From assembly GCA_045863235.1 (NCBI GenBank), contig BTUM01000001.1, positions 128,001 to 192,000 on the forward strand: a stretch of 64,000 nt of DNA. Direction: 5' to 3'. Within the stretch, counting starts at the first letter, position 1; the number at the start of each line of letters is the position of its first letter. Below the pieces are notes generated by a model. That model ran no database searches and was not told the DNA's origin. It saw only the letters and a list, made by a program, of their open reading frames with translations. A program made the position numbers and the translations under genes. The stretch is from Candidatus Xenobia bacterium (GTDB lineage: Bacteria; Vulcanimicrobiota; Xenobia; Xenobiales; QWHO01). This document shows, in pieces, positions 57,269 through 64,000 of the stretch.

Positions 57269-57924
57269 TTTAGCGAGCGCAGGTGGTCGGCGACGACGTC
57301 GGCGAGGCGAAGGTCTTGTTTGGTGAGCACGGAGCGTTGTCCAGCATCCCACCCGACACGCATCGCGTCCGCCACCTCACGCGTGCGCTTGTCGCGTAGA
57401 TCCTGGAGCTCTCGCTCGGTAGCGAGCCGAGCAGCCTCGACGGCGTCTCGCCGCTTCTGAGCCTGTCCCAGGTCGTGCTCCTGACCTGCGATCACCGCGT
57501 CGGCTCGACGGATGACCTGCAGCATCTTGACCAAGTCCTCACGGGCGTAGCGCTCGCGCTCAGTCAGGGGTTGCCAGCGGTCGAGGTTGACCTGCACGCG
57601 CTTGAGTTCATGCTCGAGGTGCGTCCGGTTCCACTCGTCGGGCGTGCTGGGCTTCCAGTCCGTCGCGCGAGCCTCTGTCTCGAGATCCGACAGCTTGTCC
57701 GTAAGGAGCTCGAGCAGGGCGCTGACGTCCCGCTCGTTGTCAGGCGAGTAGAGGCGCCGAGCCAGCTTGTCACGGATGCGGAGCAGCTCGGAGTGCATCT
57801 CGAGCGGGCGGTGCAGGTAGTTGACGGCCGCTTCGGCCAGGGCGAACTCGGGTGAGTCCGGGGCGGCGTTCTCGGAGAGGGCGGTAGCCAGGCGGAGGAG
57901 TCGGGTGCGCGGGTGGCTGCTCAT
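57265..57924 (-). CDS. Hypothetical coiled-coil phage protein
   Basis: GGGAGG RBS; ATGA-coupled. Confidence 0.65.
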   Translation of the reverse strand: MSSHPRTRLLRLATALSENAAPDSPEFALAEAAVNYLHRPLEMHSELLRIRDKLARRLYSPDNERDVSALLELLTDKLSDLETEARATDWKPSTPDEWNRTHLEHELKRVQVNLDRWQPLTERERYAREDLVKMLQVIRRADAVIAGQEHDLGQAQKRRDAVEAARLATERELQDLRDKRTREVADAMRVGWDAGQRSVLTKQDLRLADVVADHLRSLK

Positions 57925-58232
57925 GATGGCACCTCCCCGAGGAGTAGGCCGATCTCGTAGAGTCGGGTATTGATCCAGCGGCACCTCTGGACGCGTTGCA
58001 TGATGTCCGCGTCGAGATACCAGCCCTGGATCTGCGACAGCAGCTCGCACTGCTCTCGGAGGATGGTGCGGCGTTCGGCCCGCAGCATCTGGTCGCGCAC
58101 GATGCTGTTGAACTGGGCGTAAGCCCGCTCACCCTCGGCGGTGTGAACCGTGCGCGGCACCAGGCGTACGCGGGCGGGGATGCGTGGGCCGCGCATCCGG
58201 TTGGCGATAGAGTCGAGCCAGTCATCGAGCAT
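57921..58232 (-). CDS. Hypothetical phage protein
   Basis: 103 aa; GGAGGAGG RBS; overlaps neighbours. Confidence 0.6.
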   Translation of the reverse strand: MLDDWLDSIANRMRGPRIPARVRLVPRTVHTAEGERAYAQFNSIVRDQMLRAERRTILREQCELLSQIQGWYLDADIMQRVQRCRWINTRLYEIGLLLGEVPS

Positions 58233-58620
58233 GGTCTTGGTCCTCCTCCAGGTTGAACTCAGGAAAGGTGGGGGTCATGGCGAGTTCGTTGGCGTAGCGC
58301 TCGGCCGCCTCGCGACGCTCGCGGTAAATGCCCTCGTCGGAGCGGAACTCGCGGACGTCCGCGTCGTAGTCCTCGAGCACGCCCCAGGTATCTTCCTCCC
58401 CCAGAATGCCCATGGCGTCGTGATAGACATAGCCACGCTGCTCCAGCGAGCGCAGGGCCGCGCGCTCGTCGGGCTTGAGGTCTTCGACCGTGTTGCAGGC
58501 GCAGTTCTCACAGTGCGGCTTGCCGAGGAGGCCGTCGTCGCCACGGTCGTGCAAGTCGAAGAGCACCCGCTTCTCGGTGCCTGAGAGGGCATCCCAGTCG
58601 ATGCGGGCGATCTCATGCAT
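58222..58620 (-). CDS. Hypothetical phage protein
   Basis: 132 aa; overlaps the beta-clamp stop. Confidence 0.6.
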   Translation of the reverse strand: MHEIARIDWDALSGTEKRVLFDLHDRGDDGLLGKPHCENCACNTVEDLKPDERAALRSLEQRGYVYHDAMGILGEEDTWGVLEDYDADVREFRSDEGIYRERREAAERYANELAMTPTFPEFNLEEDQDHAR

Positions 58621-59695
58621 GGGCGGCCTGCCTGAGCTGGACCGGCATTATGACGTAGCTCCACTCGCCGACCCGGATGTGGGCCGCCCGATCGTGCGAC
58701 TGAAAGCCCCAGTCGATGGTCGGGCTGTCCAGGACCACCAGGCCCTCGAGCAGGTACTTGCCGTTGAATGCGATGGTAAGCTCCACCTCGGATGCGGGCA
58801 GGGCCATTTCCTCGCTGCCTGACCCGACGGTTGCTGTCTCCGCCGTGATGCGGAGTGCACCGGGCGAGAATTCCAGCTTCACCAGGTGCGGCGACTGCGA
58901 ATCCTGGGCGAAGAGCAGCACGCGTCGCAGGGCTTCGATCAGTTCCGTCCGGTTGATCGTGGCCAACATCGGGGTCTTAAACTTGGAGACCTGGGCCCAG
59001 TTGGGGAAGTTGCCTTCCATGATGCGGCCGCCGATTCGCGTGGACCCGGACTCTGCCAGCCAGCTGCCGCGCGCGATGGACAGGGAGATGTCGCCCTGAA
59101 GCCCGAGCACGACATCGATCCGGGCCAGCACCGAGGGGCTCAAGCCGTACTTGCCGGGAATCGTCTGGAAGGCCAGACGGCGCCCGTCGCAGCCCACCAG
59201 CGTGAGCCCGTCCGGGCCGAAGCTGAAGAGCATCCCGGTCATCACCGCGCGAGTCTCTTCGGCCTGCGCGCGCGCAAAGTCGACCTTGCGGATAACTTGC
59301 TGGAGCTGACCGTCCGGGAAATCGTAGCGCTCGCCCTCGTCGAAGGTGCTGGCCGGGAACTCCTCGGCAGGCAACGTCGGGAAGGTTGTACGGGACTTGC
59401 CGGCGCTGACGTGGAGCTGATCGCCCACCAGGTGCAGGGTGACGTTGCTCTTAGCCAGGTTCACCCAGTCGGCCAGTGTCTTGTAGTCGACCGTGCAGGC
59501 CTTGTCCTGGTGGTCGAGGTGCATCTCGACGTCGGTCAGGGTGTGCTCGATCCGGAGATCCATGTCGGTGCAGGTCAGGGCGTTACCCTCGATCAGCACG
59601 TGCTTCAGGATCGGAAGAGGCGACCGGGTCTTAGTTGCAGGTGCAACAGCCTTCAAGCCGGCTTGAAGCACCTTCAACGGGATGGTCATATGCAT
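58613..59695 (-). CDS. dnaN: DNA polymerase III beta sliding clamp (phage-borne)
   Basis: LPILKHVLI, TDMD, LPAEEFP, GCDGRRLA, EGNFPNW, IAFNGKYL and YVIMPV motifs. Confidence 0.9.
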   Translation of the reverse strand: MHMTIPLKVLQAGLKAVAPATKTRSPLPILKHVLIEGNALTCTDMDLRIEHTLTDVEMHLDHQDKACTVDYKTLADWVNLAKSNVTLHLVGDQLHVSAGKSRTTFPTLPAEEFPASTFDEGERYDFPDGQLQQVIRKVDFARAQAEETRAVMTGMLFSFGPDGLTLVGCDGRRLAFQTIPGKYGLSPSVLARIDVVLGLQGDISLSIARGSWLAESGSTRIGGRIMEGNFPNWAQVSKFKTPMLATINRTELIEALRRVLLFAQDSQSPHLVKLEFSPGALRITAETATVGSGSEEMALPASEVELTIAFNGKYLLEGLVVLDSPTIDWGFQSHDRAAHIRVGEWSYVIMPVQLRQAAHA

Positions 59696-59721
59696 GGCAG
59701 GGGTTCCTTTCTTGGGGTTGC

Positions 59722-61071
59722 TTAGTCGAAGAGGGTCAGGCCGTCGAACTGGCGGTGCTCGGCCACGGTGGAGCCGAGGCGGGTGGCCTGCACCCACTCG
59801 TTGGCCATCTTGACGTAGTCGGGGTTGATGTCGCAGCTCAGGTGGCTGCGGCCCAGGCGTTCGGCTACGGCCGCGGTCGTGCCGGACCCACCGAACGGGT
59901 CGAGCACGAGGCAGGGCACTCGCTGAGCGCCCGCTACTTGCGAACGCCACTCTTCGAGCTTTGCCTCATAGATCTCGACTTCGGGGACGGCATAATCGCC
60001 GGCATCGTCTGGTTGCGGAGCGATGGGTCGTGAACCCCAGCAGCTACAGCTCGGTTCCCAGCCCAGCGTCTCGTACTTTTGCCCGGTGAAGGCTCTGGGA
60101 CAGCCGTGCATGCCGTGGACCAGGTCATTCTCGTGGTCGTGGAACGACTGGCCGAGACGCTTGGCGTATTCCTCGGTGGGCTTGCGGATGCGCTTGTACG
60201 GGGCGCCGCAGACTGCGCACGCGCCATGCTCGCTGGTGCTGGCCATGATGCACGTCTCGGGCAACTCCTCCGGAAAGGTCGCCGTGTGCACCTCGGGGCA
60301 GGCCCGGCAGGCCATCAGCCAGTAGGACCAGAGGTTGCGTCCGTCAGGATGTGGCAGGCGGAAAGTGCTCGTCTCTTCGCTCTTGGCCTTGCTCCGGATG
60401 CGGTGCTGGTAGACGATGCGCTCGCGCCGCTTCTCCTGGGTCGCGTGCGCCACCCGCACAGCCTCGATGTCATAGTACGGGTTCGCGCACTTGGCGAGCT
60501 GGTAGACGTGCTCGTGGCCGTAGGTCGGCCGGCCCCGGTCCGGCATTGGGCTCGGGTTCAGCTTGGCCCAGAAGTTTTCGCTGCGCACCCACCAGCCCCA
60601 GTCGCAGAGGGCGATAGCCAGGCGAGAAGGCAGGAGCATCTGGTCACCGGCCTTCCACCTGGTGCCGTCGGCCGTTCCCGTTGCTCGCGCCCAGCCGGGC
60701 CGGCCAGCGAAGGCCTGGGTCCAGTGGTTACGCTCGTACGCACGCCGGTCGTTCCCCGCCTGCTCGTCCTGCGTGATGGGCTGGGGTCGCTTGCCGCGCT
60801 GGGCCCAGGCATCGCCGTAGTTCAGCCAGAGCGTGCCATCAGGGCGCAGCACGCGCCAGACCTCGGCGAAGACCTCCATCAGGTTGGCGAGGTGTTCATC
60901 CCAGGTCCGCTCCAGTCCGATCTGACCCTCGGCCTGATAGTCGCGCAAGGACCAGTAGGGCGGGCTCGTGACGACGACGTGGACTGTGCTGTCCGGAATG
61001 GTCCGCAGGAAGGCGCGGGTCTCAGACAGGTGCACGCGGTTGAGCTCGGGCGGGAGGATGGGGGCGCTCAT
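59722..61071 (-). CDS. Amino (N4-C/N6-A) DNA methyltransferase, beta class
   Basis: VTSPPY precedes HTATFP and VLDPFGGSGTT; a Cys-containing insertion lies between them. Confidence 0.9.
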   Translation of the reverse strand: MSAPILPPELNRVHLSETRAFLRTIPDSTVHVVVTSPPYWSLRDYQAEGQIGLERTWDEHLANLMEVFAEVWRVLRPDGTLWLNYGDAWAQRGKRPQPITQDEQAGNDRRAYERNHWTQAFAGRPGWARATGTADGTRWKAGDQMLLPSRLAIALCDWGWWVRSENFWAKLNPSPMPDRGRPTYGHEHVYQLAKCANPYYDIEAVRVAHATQEKRRERIVYQHRIRSKAKSEETSTFRLPHPDGRNLWSYWLMACRACPEVHTATFPEELPETCIMASTSEHGACAVCGAPYKRIRKPTEEYAKRLGQSFHDHENDLVHGMHGCPRAFTGQKYETLGWEPSCSCWGSRPIAPQPDDAGDYAVPEVEIYEAKLEEWRSQVAGAQRVPCLVLDPFGGSGTTAAVAERLGRSHLSCDINPDYVKMANEWVQATRLGSTVAEHRQFDGLTLFD

Positions 61072-61283
61072 GACTGCGGCTCCTTTGGCTCGGGCCCGCA
61101 GGAGCAAGGCCCTTTCTCTTTGAGGAAGATGTTGGCTGCGCGTACCGGGCAGCAGTGGTCGACGAGCTCGCCCTGGATCTGCCAGCGCCCAGCTTTGGTC
61201 TTGCGCACCATGAAATCGGTGCGACCCTGGAGGACGTAGGCGATCGGAATAAGGGCGGGCCAGCGGTGGGCGGTGGTGCTCAT
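61068..61283 (-). CDS. Small hypothetical phage protein
   Basis: 71 aa; ATGA overlaps at both ends. Confidence 0.5.
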   Translation of the reverse strand: MSTTAHRWPALIPIAYVLQGRTDFMVRKTKAGRWQIQGELVDHCCPVRAANIFLKEKGPCSCGPEPKEPQS

Positions 61284-61528
61284 GGCGGGTCCACCCGGAA
61301 GGCGACGTCGACTCGCCACGGAGCCAAGATGGGGCCAGCCCGCCATGTGCCTACCCGGTGAGGCTTGGCCAATCCGCTCGGCAGACAAGCGGTCGTGTGC
61401 TCGGGGAGCGCGAGTTGGGGTGACGGATTACGACTACACCAAGCGCGGTAGCGGTCTTGCTCAATGTAGAACTCAGCTATGCACGAGCAGGGCTCGGGAC
61501 ATTCCGGGCACCAGTAGGTGACTCGCAT
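61280..61528 (-). CDS. Small Cys-containing hypothetical phage protein
   Basis: 82 aa; TAATG-coupled to the C5 methyltransferase. Confidence 0.5.
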   Translation of the reverse strand: MRVTYWCPECPEPCSCIAEFYIEQDRYRAWCSRNPSPQLALPEHTTACLPSGLAKPHRVGTWRAGPILAPWRVDVAFRVDPP

Positions 61529-63294
61529 TAAAACAGCACCCCCTGACCGAAGAACGTTTCGGCCTCGGCACAGATCACGGTCGGGTCCGGCATGACGTAG
61601 GCGTCACCGAGGTGGACGTTGGCTCGCACGACGGCCTCGGCGACCTGCGGGCATACACTGTTGCCGATGCAGCGCACCTGGGCCGTCTTGGTCAGCGGTT
61701 TGCCGTTGAACTCGGGAGCGAGGACGTAGTCAGGTCCGAAGCCCTGGGCGTTGGCCAGCTCGCGCGGCGTGAGCATCCGCATGCCGATGTCCGCCAGGAC
61801 GTAGCCCGGTAGAGCTGCCACGGTTACGAGACCAAAGCGGTCCTTGCTGGTGATGGTGTCGAGCGGCTCGTCAACCGGTGCTGCCACACCCTGACCGAAG
61901 TACTTCTGCAGGAAGGCGGACACGAGAGCGTGGTGCCCTCCGGTCGTAATGGTTGGAATGGGGGAGTCTGCAGGCCCGCCAGAGTGGCCCGTCGTGTTGG
62001 TCATCAGGTGGGCCGTCACGAGCTGCTGCTGACTGCCTTTCCCCGTGAGGGTGGACAGCGGGGTGTCGGCCGGATGTCCGGTTACGCCGCCGTTGTGCTG
62101 CGCCAGGAAGGCCGCCACAAGCTGGGCCCCGTTCTGTGTGGGCACGACCGTGGAGAGCGGCTCGTCAGCAGGTTGACAGCGTGGGTCCTGGCCTTCGCGC
62201 TCGCCATACCTCGGCACGAAGTAGGGCGCCACGAGGGCCTGATTCCGGGCCGTGACCACCGTGGTCAGTGGCTCCTCCACCGAGTTGCAGCGGGGCTCCT
62301 GGCCGGGTGCTTCCCCATAGTGCGGCACCAGGTAGGGGACCACGACGGCTTTGTCAGCCTTCGCGGTGTTCGTCGGGAACGGGCGATCGGTGGAAACCTC
62401 GGGGCTCTGGCCAGCACGCCCACCCACGCCCGCTATGAACGGGTTGACGAGGGCGAACTCTCCGCGCGAGGCGCAGGTGATGGTGCGCAGCGGCTCATCT
62501 ACCGAATGGCAGCGGTCATCCCCGTGGTGCGTGATGGGCACGATGAACGGCCTGGGGTTGTTGACCACATACTTCATCACGCCGCGTGCGATGCGCCTCA
62601 GAGTGGCAGGTTTCAGCGGGCGCTTGCGATTGAAGATCGACGGACACGGAATGCTCCAGTCGATGCACTCAGCGGCCGTTCGGTAGGGGAGCAGGCCTGG
62701 ACCGTGCGTCGGCTTGGGCCATACGATCGGGCCGGGCGTCCGCTTCAGGATGATGAACAGTCGGCGGCGCCAGGTTGGCGATCCGTAGTCGGCGGCGCAC
62801 AGCACACGCCACTCGACCCGATAGCCGAGGGCCTGGCACTTGGCCACCCAGGCTCGGAACAGCTCACCCTTTCGAGCAGGGTCAGGGCGGCCGTTGGGCA
62901 GCAGCTCGCACCAGTCCAGGAACTCGACCACGTTCTCGAGGATGGCCATCTCGGGCCAGACCTCCTCGAGCCAGAGGGGGATCACGTCGGCGAGGGCGCG
63001 GTTCTTCTTGTCGAGCGGCTTGCCGCCCTTGGCCCTGCTGTGGTGGGTGCAGTCAGGGCTGAACCAGATCAGTCCGACGGGTTGGCCGCCGGTGAGAGCC
63101 TTCGGGTTGGCCTGCAGCACGTCGCACTCGGCGTGCAGGGTCGTTGGGTGGTTGGCTCGGTGCATGGCCAGCGCGGCCGCGCAGTGGTTGAGCGCCACGG
63201 CGGGAGCGACCCCGAGGGCGGAGTATATCCCGGTGCTGGCGCCGCCACCTCCGGCAAAGATGTCCAGGATGATCTTCGGGATCGGCGCGCTCAC
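61528..63294 (-). CDS. C5 cytosine DNA methyltransferase
   Basis: DIFAGGGG (I), SPDC (IV), ENV (VI), RRRLF (VIII), RMLTPRE...QGF (IX) and GNSVCP (X). Confidence 0.92.
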   Translation of the reverse strand: MSAPIPKIILDIFAGGGGASTGIYSALGVAPAVALNHCAAALAMHRANHPTTLHAECDVLQANPKALTGGQPVGLIWFSPDCTHHSRAKGGKPLDKKNRALADVIPLWLEEVWPEMAILENVVEFLDWCELLPNGRPDPARKGELFRAWVAKCQALGYRVEWRVLCAADYGSPTWRRRLFIILKRTPGPIVWPKPTHGPGLLPYRTAAECIDWSIPCPSIFNRKRPLKPATLRRIARGVMKYVVNNPRPFIVPITHHGDDRCHSVDEPLRTITCASRGEFALVNPFIAGVGGRAGQSPEVSTDRPFPTNTAKADKAVVVPYLVPHYGEAPGQEPRCNSVEEPLTTVVTARNQALVAPYFVPRYGEREGQDPRCQPADEPLSTVVPTQNGAQLVAAFLAQHNGGVTGHPADTPLSTLTGKGSQQQLVTAHLMTNTTGHSGGPADSPIPTITTGGHHALVSAFLQKYFGQGVAAPVDEPLDTITSKDRFGLVTVAALPGYVLADIGMRMLTPRELANAQGFGPDYVLAPEFNGKPLTKTAQVRCIGNSVCPQVAEAVVRANVHLGDAYVMPDPTVICAEAETFFGQGVLF

Positions 63295-63797
63295 TCTGCC
63301 TCCTCACAAAGGTAGTCGAGCGCTGGACCAAGGTCCCAGGTCTCGATGCCCTGCACGTCCCGCCGCTCGAGCTCGACGAAGCACGGCGGCGCCGGGTCCA
63401 GCGAGAGCTTTCCGCCGTAAGCTTTCGAGACTCGGCGGAAGGGTCTCTGCTGCTGCTTGCGACGCCCCAACTCGCGCTCGAGCTGCTGCCACTGCGCCCA
63501 GGTGCAGGCCCAGGCTCGGCGCCAGTTCGGTCCGACCCGACTGACCAGCACGATGCTAAGACCATCGCCTGCAGCGTGGTTCGTGAGGTGCTCGTACTCC
63601 GCGTCGGTGATGACGTCGAAGCGCAGCTCGTCCTTCTCGGTCTCCTTGCACTCGACCAGCAGGCTCAGCCCGCCAGGCAGCAGCGCGCGCCAGTCGCACG
63701 CAGGCTTCTGGTCGTTGGAATTGCAGACGTGCGAGGCGACCTGGCGCAGGGCTCGGCCGACCTGGCGCTCCCATTCTTTGCCGGGTTTGGCGCTCAT
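63291..63797 (-). CDS. RecU-like Holliday junction resolvase
   Basis: GKEWE...KPACDW...LVECKET...EYEHL, a PD-(D/E)xK RecU-type pattern. Confidence 0.6.
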   Translation of the reverse strand: MSAKPGKEWERQVGRALRQVASHVCNSNDQKPACDWRALLPGGLSLLVECKETEKDELRFDVITDAEYEHLTNHAAGDGLSIVLVSRVGPNWRRAWACTWAQWQQLERELGRRKQQQRPFRRVSKAYGGKLSLDPAPPCFVELERRDVQGIETWDLGPALDYLCEEAE

Positions 63798-64000
63798 GCT
63801 GGCTTCCTCCGGTTCTTGAGATACTGCGGAATGACGCCGAGCGACTCCGGCGACAGGTTGTCACGCCCCAGCACGGGAGCGCCAGGCAGACAGGCGAACG
63901 CGGCCTTGCCGTACTGCTTGTGCCAGATCCGCGAGTCCATAAAGCAGAACACGCCGCGGTCCAGGTCGCATCGGTTGATGCGGCCGCACGCCTGCTTCAC
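63794..64000 (-). CDS. C-terminus of a DinG/Rad3-like helicase (5' part outside the window)
   Basis: KQACGRINRCDLDRGVFCFMDSRIWHKQYG matches the DinG motif VI pattern QxxGRxxR...DRG...DxR...YG. Confidence 0.7.
   Translation of the reverse strand: MKQACGRINRCDLDRGVFCFMDSRIWHKQYGKAAFACLPGAPVLGRDNLSPESLGVIPQYLKNRRKPA

Larger units (their letters stand above)
25166..64000 (-). mobile_element. Prophage (siphovirus-like, HK97-type head) adjacent to tRNA-Phe; continues beyond the right edge
   Basis: Contiguous minus-strand replication, packaging, head, tail and lysis modules ending beside a tRNA 3' end. No sheath gene. Integrase and second att site are not in the window. Confidence 0.93.

Overview
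About 1-25.2 kb is GC-rich bacterial chromosome. The DnaK lacks the diderm-type N-terminal insert, which suggests a Terrabacteria lineage (inference). It carries a BMP lipoprotein, ftsEX-envC, csaB, grpE-dnaK-dnaJ-prmA-rsmE-trpE-trpG, a prepilin/Ser-Thr kinase cluster, a 981-aa low-complexity protein and a tRNA-Val/Asp/Phe operon. From just after tRNA-Phe to the window end lies a siphovirus-like prophage, almost entirely on the minus strand: hicAB, lysis, tail, head-tail, HK97-type head, terminase, P4/D5-type primase-helicase, beta clamp, two DNA methyltransferases, a RecU-like protein and a DinG-like gene cut by the edge. The main candidate for a new system is a three-gene glycan cassette (pyruvyltransferase, double GT-A glycosyltransferase, TagF-like transferase with a C2H2 finger). 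It sits between the major capsid and head-tail connector genes and is translationally coupled to the connector. Four structural proteins (capsid, head closure, tail tube, post-tape-measure protein) all end in GSGS-COOH, each with different codons. Together this suggests tag-directed virion glycosylation with a pyruvylated or phospho-polyol glycan. All calls come from motif recognition by eye; no searches were run.
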